Shown piece by piece: positions 13,662 through 28,049 of a stretch of 64,000 nucleotides of DNA. Source of the DNA: the human T2T-CHM13v2.0 reference genome, Homo sapiens. Position 1 is the stretch's first letter. Every line of letters starts with the position of its first letter. The position numbers were made by a program, and so were the translations under genes. The notes beneath the pieces are model-generated. The model was not told the origin of the DNA and did not search any database. It saw only the letters and a list, made by a program, of their open reading frames with translations. The stretch lies in the NCBI RefSeq assembly GCF_009914755.1, contig NC_060932.1; one strand, given 5' to 3'.

Positions 13662-16584
13662 CCCATCTTGCTTTTTATATTAAATAGTTTGCAACTTGAT
13701 GGTATCTTAAATTTCAAAATATTTGTTGTAATATAATTTACCGTAAGTGATGAAATGGTGCTTATGAGTTTATTCATTATATTTTATATATCTTTTATTT
13801 CATTGTAATTTGTGAAAATATTTTATTTTGTATGATGGAATGAACAAAAAATACCGCACTTGTTTTTGTTTTTACAAAGAAATTCTTTATATTTTCTGTC
13901 TGAAACAAAGATCCAGCCATAATTTTGATAGTACCTGGACACCTAAAAGAGGGAATACTTTTACTATCCTTAATCAGTCTTAACTGGTTATTGATTAGAT
14001 GAAAAGTTGGGTTTGTTAGTTATAGAAGAGTCTGGTAACTGGTTATTGGATAAATGAAAAAGAAAGAGTTCTCATTAGAACCCTTCATTAACTGCACTAA
14101 AAAGTAGAATATTTGACTGTGGCATGGTAATGAGAAATATGGGAGAAGTAGAGGGGATACTCTTAGCTTCTTCCAAGTTTCACTGAAGTCTGCTATTCAT
14201 TATAATACTATATGCAAAATAAATACTTACAGCATATTATCATTTGCCTAAGACATGGCTGCTTACGTAAGGGAGTTGACTATAAGTTTCTCTTTTAAAA
14301 TGAGGCTGTTTAAATGCAATAGTACATAATAAAACTATAACCACAGGAAATCCAAAAAACCAAAAATGTTTTAAATATATCTGATACAACTATAGTTATA
14401 TATTGAGATTTTATGCATTACATGAATTTTTATTTGCTAAAGTTATATTTTTATGTAGGCTTAGTTATGGACTAATTATTAATGGATCATATTCAGATAA
14501 ACTATGGCAAATGACTTAATTGATACTTTTAGTAGTGAAATCATTTTCAAAATATTTCATTTTCATCACCTTATTAATCATATAAATTTTGTACTTCCTG
14601 AAAAAAAAATTTTTATTGTTGATTCTAAGATAAGTTTTGCCATATTCCTTATAAGAATGAAAGCATTGGTGAATTACTTGACAGTTGTAGAATGTGCCAC
14701 TTTGAAAAAAACTGTTTCCAATTAAATACTATATAATAAAATATCCAGTTCAGGCGTCACCATGAGAGAATTATTTTTTCTTCTTTGTTTGATTTTGTAT
14801 TTTACATGTTTTTATTGGGTCATATAGTACCTAGTCCAAAGAAAATTGACCTGGTAATCAGGAGACCTGTGTTCTATTTCTGGCTCTGCAACTGAACTTG
14901 TTTTGTATCATTGGGTAAGTCACTGGAACTATGTGTGCCTCTGTTATTCACTAAAATTAATTCATGAGTGAATTGAGAATAATTTTTCATGTTTGGATCC
15001 ACATAATATGAAAACCATTGCATTGATGACACATAAAGTAATTCAAAATATAGGAAAATACTAGATGAAGAAAAAAGCTTCATTTGTTTACGTAGTTTTT
15101 ATACTTTCTGCAAACAATAAGATCTTTTCTTAGAGATGGAATATATGGAAGCCATTATTTCATCCACTTCATACCAATTTCATTTTTACTTGTGAGGGAA
15201 CTATTTTAGTAGTATGGAAAATGTGTATCTAGGGAAATTTTGTGTATAAAAACACAATGCAACATATGAAAGTCGGCATTTGCCTAGGGTATTAATAAAC
15301 TGTGATTATCCTACCTTATTCTTCTTTGAGAAGCAGGTGGATTGATGATGGAAACAAAAATATAGCATGTGTCATTTTAATGTGTATTAGTATATTTCTG
15401 GAGAATCTGAAGATTTTTTTTCTAGGGGTTAATCCTGTTAGCAGTATGATTTGTAATTTAATTGTGATGAGATTTAATGTCTTATTTTCAACAGGTGAAA
15501 AAATGTGTTCATATAATAATAAAAATGATATTAAAGTTCCAAATGTCATTTCTTTTCCAGTTTTCTATAATTCATGCTAAGATTTCTGGTTTTTTCCTAA
15601 GAAAAATTGTTTTGGTCATCTTAGCACTAATGGACTTAATCTAATGGAATGTTTTCATTTTATCACTATTCATATAAAGAGACAAATTTGTCATAGGAAA
15701 TCATTCTCTAAAGAGCTATAATTTTAATATGTTGATATTGCAAGTATATTTTGATGCAATATGCTTTGCTATATAAGTCAACTCAAAAATAATGATGCAA
15801 CTCTTGCAGAACTTAAATGTGGTGTTTGATTTTAGAATTTGTAGTATCTGATTCAAAGCTAAGTGTTTAAATTAAAATAGGAGATTTTGGTTTTGTGGCA
15901 TATTGTTCATCTGTGTCAATCATACTAGTACACTAATATCTTTGGAAGAAATTTTTTCTTAGAATGCTCAGTTTAACAGACATTTTTCTGTTTCCAAGTC
16001 ACTGTATAAAATGTTATTTGAACTTCTTCACTAGCACTAGGGAAAAAAGTTTTTCCAAAACATATCATGTCATATCTGTTATAGTTGATGGATTTGGATG
16101 GATACATTTTAGCGTAAATTTTAATAATCTATAAAGTGGTATTTGTAAGAATCTGTTGAATGAATAGGCATTAAAAGGGAATATGATCAAAGAAAATTTG
16201 TCTACATTGAAGTTTAGTTTGGATTTTTAATGCTGAAATGAAGCCATGTATTTCAGCTACTCTTCTAGTAAAGACTTGTACTATAATTACTACTTCATAA
16301 AATTTTAATGATATTTTGCTGTATTGAAATAATTCAATTAAATATTGGCCTGATGACCATTCTTTGTTTTTGTGTGCACACTGGTTTACTGGGGAAACAT
16401 AAAAGGAATAGAAATCTGTTGAAACTATTTTTATTGCTCTTTTTGGTGATGACTCAATTAAATCTTTTCTTCAGATAATTAAAAGTTTGAAAGCATTGTA
16501 ACAGACTTTAAATTGACTCAGTAATGTCTTGAACAATGTGGTCATGCAACTAACACTGTTTTTACTAATGGTATCTTTCTTCAG

Positions 16585-16605
16585 CATTGGTGTTCAGGAT
16601 TTGCT
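16585..16605 (+). CDS. RIMS2: Candidate 21-nt microexon (LVFRIC in phase 1, IGVQDL in phase 2)
   Basis: ctaat branch-like motif, tctttcttcag acceptor, gtacgt donor. Confidence 0.45.
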
Positions 16606-16874
16606 GTACGTAAATAATTGTAAACTTCTGGATCTTCTTTATTTCTACACTAACTTTATTTTTCTGAATCCGCTAACCTATAGTAGCAAAATCAACTTGC
16701 CATCAGTTCTTATGTATTTTTTGTGGAATGCATTTGATTATATCTTCCCTAAAACTGTACACAGGATTCTTTCTCAAAATGATCTGAGGCCCTTTCCATC
16801 AGTGTCACTTTTTACCTTTTGAGTACATCCACTCACTCCCATCTCCTTTGTCTATGTCTGTCCATTACACGATG

Positions 16875-16916
16875 TGATCACAGAAGAACTGGACTCTACA
16901 AGGAGAAGATATGCAG
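16875..16916 (+). CDS. RIMS2: Cassette exon (M)ITEELDSTRRRYA(G): 42 nt from the TG acceptor, or 33 nt from the CAG at 16881-16883
   Basis: Similar to recalled rodent RIM2 insert MITEDMDSTRKRNSG; long pyrimidine tract; CAG|gtctgt donor; phase 1-1. Confidence 0.65.
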
Positions 16917-17479
16917 GTCTGTCTCTTCTGCTTTTTTTGTTATTATTTTATTTATCTAACTTGTCCTAGAAATGTTTAATCATTTTTTTACTCATTTCAT
17001 AGTTTTTCATTCCTTTGTAATATAACAAAATATTAAATCTTATGAGCATTTTAATTTAGGTATTTGTGTATTCAACTATCAACAGCAACTGCTCCAATTA
17101 GATGGATAAAAGTAAAATAATTAATTTTTATGTAATATGTATAGATGTAACTTTTCCATAAACTGAATAACTAAAGGCAAATAGGATGTGTATGTATGCG
17201 TATGTATATTTAGGTACACACACACACATATGTTTGGTTTCAAGCATTTTAGACTTAAAACTAGTTTTTTGCTTTTTAAAATAATTCCAAAAGTATTTGA
17301 TTTCTAACATGAGTTCATCAGTGTTCTACACTGTGGAGAATACCAAAGACCTAATACCCTAAAAAAGCTATCAATATCACTGAAGAGTTAAGAGATGTGG
17401 ATAACATGCACTGTTTATGTGTCAAGGCAGCTTATTCTGACAATATATTCTACAGAGATATAAACTCAAATGAAGTTTA

Positions 17480-20080
17480 TTTCAACTAGACAGTCAGAAA
17501 AAGTGTCTTGGATGAGGTAACATTTGAGCTGAAACTTGAACACATGTGGTACTGTTCTAGGTGCTGGAAGTAACAGGAGACACACAATAGCTCCCTATCC
17601 TTGCAGGCGTTTCCTAGTGTGAGTGTATATATTTTATATATATATAAAATATGTATGTACATGTATATACACACATATATAAAATATAATGGAATCAGAA
17701 AAGGTGGTATGATTCCTTTCCCCTGGGGAGGATGGATATTAGTTCAAGAAAGACTTCATAGAAGAATTTAGTTGACTATTAAACGCTAGAACACTGTTAG
17801 CTTCTTTTGTAGAGAGCATTTCAGGCAGAGGAAACAGTATGGCCAGTAGCTTCACACAAGTTTGGCGAAAGTAGGCAGAGACCGATTTATGAAGATTATG
17901 TAGGTTACTGACACATATAAAGCAACAGAATAGGTCAGATGTTTGTTTCTAGAAAGATTACTTTGGCAGTTATATAAAAGATGGACCGGAGCAATATAAG
18001 CAGAAAGATCATATATGGGAATAGTGTAATGAATCAGTTAAGAAATGATAATGGTCTGAATTAAGGTATCAGTAGAGGCAGTCAATACATGAGAAGTTAT
18101 ATAAAGATGTAGAACCTACAAGTCCTGGTCACTGATCAGACTAGATATTATTGATGCAGAAAGAGGAGGAATAAGATGATTTCAGGTGACTGAAATGTTT
18201 GATGGTACATTTTATCAGGATAGAGAATATATGTTATACAAGTTTCAGGGGAAAGATAGAGTTCACTTTTAGGATAGGTAAAATTTAAGCCTCATTTGAA
18301 ATATTCAAGTATAAATATCTTATAGAGGTGATTGGTGGTCTGGAAATCAGGAGAGAATTCTGGGCTAGAGACATAGATTAGGGTAGCATATCAGCATTCA
18401 AGTGATGCCATTGGAATTAATGGAATTGTCAGTAGCATATGAAGAGTAATAAGAGAGACAAGAATCAAAATTTGGGGATCACCAGCACTTATTTACATTT
18501 AAGGAATGGATGAAAGAACAAAAGCCAGAAAAGTATGTTGAAAATGATTAAAGACGGATATTCATGAAAGAAGAGAATTTAAAAAAATCTGTGATAGAAG
18601 TGAATCTTAAGAAAGGGGTACAATCAGCAGAGACAAATTCCAGAGAAGACAAATATGTTGTTAAATGGTAGAACTAGACAGTAATGATCTTTGCCTTATT
18701 GATTCAGTCAAGTTGTAGGTAGAAACCAAATAGAAGAGAAGGGAAAGGAGATGGAAAAGAAAAATTGAAGGTAGTTAATATAAACTAGGCTTCTTGATGG
18801 CTTGGGGAAATTTTAAAGTTAAGAATACCATGGGAAATAAGACAGGAAGGTCCCCAAGGATATCCTGAAGAATGGTTATAGTTTAGCTGAGTGGAGACCC
18901 TAAATTTGTGATGGCATTGGTTCTCTAAGATTGTGTAATGATTGGCTCATTAGCACACTTCGGATGTAGTAATTAATCATTTGGATCACAGTTGGAACTT
19001 TGTGGGCGGTTATATAGAAAGAAGAAAAGAATAGGGATGTCAAGGGTGGTTGGCAAGGGAAGTAGTTGAAGTAATGTTCAAATGGATTGGGAAGGATGTT
19101 AGTTGTGTTAAATCATGTTTTCATGTGAAATCATGCAGAATTTTTCATGAATTGGGAGATAAGGTCTCAATGATAGAACTGAAATTTGTAGCGATATCTA
19201 AGGCAATAGAAGCAAACTGAGCAGGTTATTATGAGAGACAATTTAATTATCTTAAGAATTTTCAGATGTTGGACAATTCCAAATAATGTGAAGATACAAT
19301 GTTTGTTTCAAGGAGTGAGTTTCCAAGATGGAGCATGGATTACAGTTTGGGAATGCAAATAAAGCTACAAATTTTGATGCTAGCATTTTTATACAGACAT
19401 TGAAATTATTGAGGGCCTCAGCTTGATAGATATGTGAAGGAAATTGCCTAGAATATAGATGGTAGCAACAAGGAAGAATAATGCTATGAACATAAAAGGC
19501 ATAGACTTCACATAGATTAGAAAAGTAAACATGTGGAAGGAGCAATTTATACCAAGAATGCTGATACCGTTTCTGGGATTGTATAGCATATATGTAAGTT
19601 AAAGGATTTTGAGCGGCTTCCCCTCAGAATGTTTCCCTCAGGGAAGATAGTATTCTTGAAGGGTCAACATTCCATTCATGATACGAAAGGAAATGAACGT
19701 TCTCTGATGAAGCTGAGGGATATATTGTATTTAAGTAAAAGCAATAGGGTTTCAGACCACAGTAGAAAAGATTAGGAGGTCTCTAAGCAATGCAGAAAGA
19801 ATTAGAGAAAGAAGCTCAGGATAGTAGGGTTTTGACAGTACCGACTGGAAAATGTTAAGAACGAATGCTGGTTGGAAGGAATGAACCATGTAATTTAGTA
19901 GTAGCAAAACAAGGAGAATAATAAGGAATTTAAGCTTAGAGGGGGAAGAAAATTCAGAGGTACAACTTAGAGGTTGAGCAAAGGAATCTTTATGATATGC
20001 ATAAAGGCAGAGGAAAAGGACTTGGTTGGGAGAATTTGAAGACTCCAAAGAGGAGAGGATTAATAATGGAAGCAACTTTT
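17480..20080 (-). mobile_element. Fragmented old L2 region
   Basis: Purine-rich antisense L2-like motifs (gaggtaacatttgagctgaaacttgaa; ggtctggaaatcaggagagaattctgggctagagacatagatt). Confidence 0.55.
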
Positions 20081-21606
20081 CTTACAAAAAAAAAAAAATG
20101 GTATCTAGGATGTATGTGGGATGTTTAAATTTATGGAGTCAAAAATGTTTTATTGTCTTCAAATATTAAGTTCTAAATTAATTATCATAGTTAACTAAAC
20201 ATAATTTGAAGTCTTTCTTAACATACACTTTTAAAATTGTAATGGTAGCTATAGATCTATAATACCCCTTTTCTTCCTAGTATGAGGAAGTTGAAACCTG
20301 AGCTTTCTGGATTTCTGTTACAGACCCCTAATACTGTAAGGGAGACATGGTCTATGTTAACCAGCATTGTGTTTGGGATTCTACAAACTCACATAAGCCT
20401 AGAGATAAATAAAGACTAATGCATTCTCTTCCAAAGTAAGAGTAAAGAGAGAATAATACAGACGATAAGAAAACATTCAGAGAAAAAGGAAATTATTTTA
20501 GAAAAGGAAGCAGTAAATTTTGTGACAAGCAATTCAGAATGTATTTCACCTGTTTAATAAAAGCAAACTAAAGTTAAGGCTTTTCAAAAACTGACTGTAG
20601 TATGTGACCAATAAAAGGTAATATCTTTATTAGCCTGTCACTCACATCTCCAATTAATATGCAAGTTGGTTATCTTTCTTTATAAATTTTAGCCCAAAAT
20701 ATGATGGAGAAATAATTTCACAAGTCCAATTACTTCACTAATATATTTGGTCAAAATGTATGTTTTATGTTTAAACCACAATTATAAGACCTTCAATTGC
20801 ATTACGAGGTCCAATTACAGTCACTACAACATCTTCTACACAATAAATGGAGGAATTGATTACACATTTTGAAGCAGCAAAATATGTTGACTTAGCACTT
20901 GCAAATCATAATGAAGTTTATTTTAAATGAGAAGTAGCATGCTTTATTAGGGTGTATTATACCTTTTCTTACTCATATGAAATTTCATATGACAATTTTT
21001 TAAAATAATTGTTAAACAAGTCTAATAAAAAATAAATTTTAAAATACTATTTGTTAAGTTACATGAAACAACATCTTAAGTTTCAGCTACACAAATTTTT
21101 AGAATTACTTCCAGACCTGATTTAGAGCATCTGACAAGATTAGTGCTTGTGTAATATATCAGTTTTACTCATAAGTAGATCTCAACATAAAAAATGTTTT
21201 GTCAGCTATGTTTCTCACCAGTCTCTTAGATCAATTATTATTATTGTGATATTTATTTTTGTTATGATATGTTAATAATTATTAAATTATTATTACAGTT
21301 GGGTCTGTGCTACCTTAAGAGTTTGAGAAAATATGTTATAAATTACTATTTCAGACTGATCCATTTGTCTTCCAGATACTAATGTTAATTTGAAAAGCTT
21401 AACAATTCAAATTGAATAGATTTCAAACATTTCTTAATAAAAATACAGTTGGGAATAAGTAACATATATTTTGTGTTGTAATTATAATGTTTAGTAAAAT
21501 CACTTCCTGTTAGGGTTAGCTAAGTGAAACTTCTAAAAATTAATACAATTACAGTATTCTTTTCTGTTTTGGTTCTCTGATTATTCTGAATGTTGCCCAT
21601 TGATAT

Positions 21607-21969
21607 GTATTATCTTAGTCCATACAGACTGCTGTAACAAAATGTCATAAGCTAGGTGGCTTATAATTCACAAAAATTTATTTCTTACAATTCTGGGGAC
21701 TGGAAAGTCTAAGTAAGATCAAGGCACCAACAAATTTAGTGTCTGGCTAGGGCCTGCTTTCTGGTTCATGGACCACCATCTTTTTTTCCCTTTGTCTTAA
21801 TATGAGAGAAGGGGCAATGGATCTCTCTTGGCCTCTTTCATTATGGCACAAATCCCACAACACCCTCATGACCTAATTACCCACCAAAAGCTCCATCTGC
21901 TAATATGCTCATTTTAGTTGTTAGGGTTTCAACATGAATTTTGAGGAGACACAAATATTCAGACTAGCA
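21607..21969 (-). mobile_element. MLT1A-like MaLR LTR
   Basis: tcttagtcc...gctgtaacaaaat...ggtggcttata; ends gagacacaaatattcagac. Confidence 0.75.
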
Positions 21970-22959
21970 TGTATTATTTCAAACTTGTATATCAATTCTT
22001 GTCAGATTTGAGTGGCATATATGACATATTTTGAATGCTCTGTGCTTTTATATGGCATGTTGTTATACTTATGTCCTAAAAAGTGAAGAGAAGTAACATT
22101 CATTATAGTAGTAATTTAATATATGTGCATGTACGGGCACATATAAATGCACATATAAGCTGTTCTTGAAATTTTCCAAAATCTTCATTATTATTATCAA
22201 TTATATTTCACATTCTATCCATTTTATAGATACTCTGTGTGCATTGATTACATCCTTTATTTGATTAACTCAGTATTATTGATGAAAGTCAAAGACAGAG
22301 ATACTCATGATGGCTCAGTCATGAAAACCTTATATAACCCTAGTACCCTGAAATCTTGAAAATGCAAATCACTCAGTCTATAAGGAGGCACAAAGTGTCA
22401 ATGCTATGTTCAATACTGGGCTAGATACTTTAAATGTTAGTATATAGGAATATTTTATATAAGCTTAAGCTTAAATATTTTATTAAGTATTCTTATGATA
22501 CATCTAAACAAAAGTCTCAAATGAAATATATGTACGTATAATATAAAAATATATCACAAATTATATGACAGCTTCTATTGATAAAGTATGATACTTAAGC
22601 TCAATTTACTAAAGCTTATAAATATTCAAATAAAAGAAAAGAGTTAAAGCTCTTGGGACTCAAAAGAGTAAGGATGCCCCAACATGGAACAAATAGCTGT
22701 GGAACAAGTAGCTATTTAGTGATTAAGTAAGTCATTTAAAATGAGGTTTGGAATGCAACATTTTTTAGTTCTTTTTAGATATAAAATTTTGTCTACATTG
22801 GAAATTAAAGGATGTTACTGCTAAATTATTAATATATTACTCATACATTCTGAAAACTATAACATTCTGTTTTACCTATGCCTATCACCCACCTTAACTC
22901 TGTGTCCTAAAAATTTCAGCTGTTAGGGAAAATATTTGTTCCTGTAAGAAATATTGGTC

Positions 22960-23190
22960 TGAGAAGCAGTATAAGAGCAGATTCTGGAACTAAACTGCCT
23001 CATCAGCTCCACCACTTACTTGCTCCATGATCTTGTGAAAGTTACACTGTTCCTCAGATTCCTCATCTGTAAAATGGGAATAATTATAGTACTACCTCAA
23101 ATGGTTATTGCAAAGATTAAGTTAGCCAAAATGTAGTGTACAAAACACATGAAAACTGTGTCCAGTACAGAGCAAGCACCATAAATGAAG
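22960..23190 (+). mobile_element. MIR
   Basis: Core cctcagattcctcatctgtaaaatgggaataat. Confidence 0.75.
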
Positions 23191-23599
23191 AATTTTATTT
23201 TTTATAAAAATACATGAAAACTGAATTTTTATTTCAAATCATCTGCATTTTGATGTGTATGCATTATTTCCATGATCTAGAATTAATTCTTTGTTATATG
23301 CATTACAAATATACTAGTTTGTGACTGCTAGTTTAGGAGATAACTGACAAGCAAATCTATGCATCAAGCTTATTGCACCTGTACTCTTAAGCTTTATCAT
23401 TTCTGAAAAACATAGTTGGGTGGAAGGAGCAAGAGCATTGAAATCAGACAGGTACGAATTATTATTCAGGTTCTGCCAGTCAGTAGGGATATGACTTTGG
23501 GCTGGTTGCTTAACACTTCTTATTAATCTTAATAAACTCCAGCTAGATTAAGGGGTTAATTATGTTTTAATGAAAGCACAAAATATTTATTTCTGTGAA

Positions 23600-24260
23600 A
23601 AAAGAAAGCCATCCTAAAAATAAAAGCAATTAAATAAATTTAAAAAGAGGAAGAATCCTGAGTACAATGTGGCAGGTATAAACTTCAGAATATCAAAATC
23701 ATCATAAATAAAAGGCACACAAGTTGGGAAGATATTTGCTGCAACTCAGATAAAATATTAAAAGCCTTAACATCTGAATAACTTTTACAAAGTATATATT
23801 AAATAAAACTCTAATAGACAAAATGGGCAAAGGATATATACAGACATTTCTCCAAACAAGAAATGCAGTGGTAAGTAAATATATGAAAACATTTTATTTC
23901 AGTCATGACCCAATAAATACTATTTTAAATGAGATATCATGCCCACCTATTTAAAACACCATGGTGATGCCTGTATGTGGAGAGAAAAAATTATAAAAAA
24001 ACCATGGTAAGAGTGTGATAACAGAGTAGCAGTGAAATTTAGCATAACCTTTCTAAAAGCACTTCTGCAATATAAATGAAGAACCTTAAAAATGTTCATA
24101 GACTTTTGACTGTGTAGAAATAGAAATTCAAATAAAAACATATGTATGATATGTTCACTAAGCATTATTTGTAACAATAAAAACGATCTTACAATGAATA
24201 TTAAATAATGGGGCAATGGCTAAATAAGTTATATGCATATACAGCCATTTAAATGAAGAA
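23600..24260 (+). mobile_element. Old L1M fragment
   Basis: aaatgggcaaaggatatatacagacatttctccaaacaaga, L1 ORF2 3' motif, highly diverged. Confidence 0.6.
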
Positions 24261-24703
24261 TTTTTTTGACATATACATTAGAAACACTTATTTCTTTTTT
24301 TGTAATTTGAAAGAAATTGAAAGTAATGTCTGTAAAAAACTTGTTACAAAGTTTCATCCATAGTAAATAATCAAAGAATGGTAGCTCTTATTAATTATTA
24401 CACAACTCAAATTATGCCGAGGTTATTTTTTAGATAAATATCATTAACTCTTTATGATTTATGTTTGTTATAAGCAAAATCAGTAGGATTTTGAATCCAG
24501 ATTTAATACATCAGTAACCTGTAATGATGAATTAGTAAGGAGTTTGGATAATACCCACTTCTAGGATTATTTTTAAAAAGAGAAAATTTCTTTTAATAGT
24601 AGAACTGGGCATCGGACTATAGCTTGGACACTTCATGTGTTCATCTGTGGCACCAGAAACAAGACAAATTACTTCTAGATTTTTCTTTAAAAAAAAAAAA
24701 AAA

Positions 24704-25033
<330 letters not shown>

Positions 25034-26514
25034 TTAAAGAACAATAAAACAAGTAATGTTTTATTCTCTGTTGCCCTGTTTAGAGGCATGTTGGTACAGG
25101 CAATAAAACAAGAAATTAGAAGGCCAATGCGATCTTGGACAAGTTTCCTAATTTCTCCAATCTCAGTTTCATCATTGTTAAAAAAATGAGGTTGAGGGTT
25201 GATAATTTGTGTGTATGTGTGCATGTGTGTATACTTTCAACCAACAGAAAAATAAAAATAAATGACCAGCCAAAATGAAAAATTTTCCACTTCAATAGCA
25301 AGCAAATAAATTTCAAAAAAGGAAAACACACAAAAAGACATAGTCTACCACTTTTCTCATTTAGGATTGAAGAGTTGTGTTTAAAATTAGATAAATTTTT
25401 CATTAAATGTCTAGCAGGTGGCCAAAAGCAAATTGTTAATAAAAATCATTTTAAACTATTCAAATTCCTTCTTTAAATATGTTTCTAATGCCCAAATGTA
25501 TATTTTGTGCTCAGAATTATAGTCAATTCTAGATTTCAGGTGTTAGTAGTGAATATATGAGTCTTTATTAAGATAGGAATAACATTCCAAGACAGACTAT
25601 TAAAATCTCCTTATAAAATAGCCAAATAACCAGCAAATTTGGCTATGCTAGACTCAAATCATTCCTGGTTATTATATGGTATATTAAACTGTAATACAAT
25701 ATAATTGCTCTCCATAAAGGAAAGGTTATTTCTGAAATTCTTATTCTACTATAAAGATATTTTATATTCCAAAAATTTTATTTGTTCAACAAGCAGCTAC
25801 TAAATATATACGTATCAGGCCTTATTCTAGGTGCTGGAGACATAACAGTGACATAGACATACAAGATCTCCCCTCATGGAAATTCTCTTTTTGAGAGAAA
25901 GTAGTCCCTAAAAAGTTAAACTTAGTTTTAAGTGCTCTTATTTAAAATTCTTATGTAACCTAGTGGGATTGGGGTGGGGAAGGAGCTATTTTTGATGGAA
26001 TAATCCAGGAAGTCTTATCTAAGGAGGTGATGTTTGAACTAAACCAGAAGACTAAACCAGAAGAGTAAGAAGAAACCAGCTATGTAAAGTAGCCAGGAAA
26101 TACATCATACTAAAGACCATTAAACAGAAGATAAACTAAGGGAATTAAAGTTTAGAAAAGGAGAATAATTTATGCTATAAAGTATTTTTGCAAGCAGGCA
26201 TTTAAGCATCAGTGAAGGATAAGGGAGTTTTCAAACTTTAAGTTTTACAGGAAGATGAATAAGTAAAGCGTAGCACTGGACGGTAGTTATGATTAAAATA
26301 TATTTGTTAAATTTTCTGAGTTGAAATGAAAGAGTACATTTGTAATAAGCCAAGTTTGTGATCAAATATTTAGTAAATATTAACATGTAACAATACTTAA
26401 TATTCGTTAGAACATAGTGAATTTATGATTTTTTTGAATCCCTTACTCTTTGCCCATTTAAAGCTCTATACTTCTATATCTGTGATGAAAACATAATATA
26501 TAAGAAGGTAAATT

Positions 26515-26806
26515 GGCCATGCGTGGTAGTGCATGCTTGTAATCCCAGCACTTCAGGAGTCCAAGGCAGGGAGGATCACTTGCGTCCAGGAGTTTGAGAC
26601 CAGACTGGACAACACAGCAAGACCCCATCTCTACAAAAATATTTAAAAACTTAGCTGGGTGTGGTGGCACAAGCCTGTAGTCCCTGCTACTTAGGAGGCT
26701 GAAGTGGGAGGATGTCTTGAGCCTAGGAGTTGGAGGCTGCAGTGAGCCATAATTGCAGCGCTGCACTCCAGCCTGGATAATGCAGCAAGACCCTGTCTCA
26801 AAACAA
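26515..26806 (+). mobile_element. AluJ, followed by mixed TA/TG repeat to about 26875
   Basis: Alu motifs. Confidence 0.88.
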
Positions 26807-27619
26807 GTGTGTGTGTATATATATATATATGTATGTGTGTGTATATATATACACTCACACACACATATATATATTTCAAAATAAGGTAAGTTGACATGAA
26901 GAAAGCTATGTAAAGTAATTTGATTAATACATTATGTTGCATAACTTATGGGAAGAACATAGTTATAGATTATAGATCGTGCTGAGTATGAAGGAGGTTG
27001 ATAGGCTTGTTTAGAGTAAAGGGGTGAGAATTTAAGGAAATCTGTAAAAATATTAAAGAATGACCATATTATAGTCCAAGGTTGGGTTCATAGGGAAATC
27101 AGATGAAATATTACCAAAAAAAATGGACAGAGGAGAAACTGCTCAAAAAGAAAAGGGAGAAGTTGTCAAAAGGAAGGAAAGATGCTGGAAAAAGAGAAAA
27201 GAATGAAATAAAATTTGACTCTTTGCATGTGTGTGTGAGAGAGAGAAAGAAGGTTCATTTCATGACAATATTTTTGATCATAAGTTCTGGAGAAGGGCAC
27301 GTCAATCTCTGCCACCTACTAGTTATATGACCTTGTGTAAATTATCTAATAAGTAAAATTGAGAAAAAAATAAGTCCTAGCACATATAGTTGTGCTGATT
27401 AAGTGACAGACATAATACATGCAAAGCTCTTAGCACAATTCCTGGGATATACAGAGTATTATTCTTTTTAAGAATTTAATTTTTCAGAGAACAGTATTAC
27501 TGAATTCTAAAATAGATTTTAACTGTGTAATCTCTACAGCTTTGTTATATTTCATTTTCTATGCCTTCAGCAAGTAAAATTCTAGACTGAAAACATTACT
27601 GAAGAAAAAGAAAAAGCTA

Positions 27620-27832
27620 GACATAAATATGATCAGTGGTTACCTGGGCAAGCAAGAAGAGGATTGACATCAAAGCAGCATCAGGAAATTTTTAGGGTGA
27701 TAGAAATACTCTGTATATTGATTGTGGTGAGTTTACATGACTAAATCCATTTGTCAAATGTCACAGAACTTTGTACTAAGTTGTGTGAATTTTACTTTAT
27801 GTAAATTATACCTCAATAAATCTGACTTTTAA
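27620..27832 (+). mobile_element. Old L1M 3' end
   Basis: gatcagtggttacctggg...gtaaattatacctcaataaa. Confidence 0.7.
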
Positions 27833-28049
27833 AATTATTGAAAATATAGAAAATTAAAATGGATTTTATATGTTACTCAAATGGTTCTAATATGCTAATA
27901 GAAAAAATAATTTACCTAATCTAACACATCCCAAGCAACTAAGATCCCCTCCCAAGATAGGGGTCCACAGGGGCATGGTCATGGGTGGGGTTAGCCTGCA
28001 GCTTCAGAACTCAAAGTGAAAGGACAAGATGACTAAGGGGTTTAGCTAG

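Noticed and set aside
26458-26862. 134-aa ORF and similar Alu-derived ORFs (888, 11730, 24818, 32645, 44980, 59671)
   Set aside because: Translations of Alu sequence
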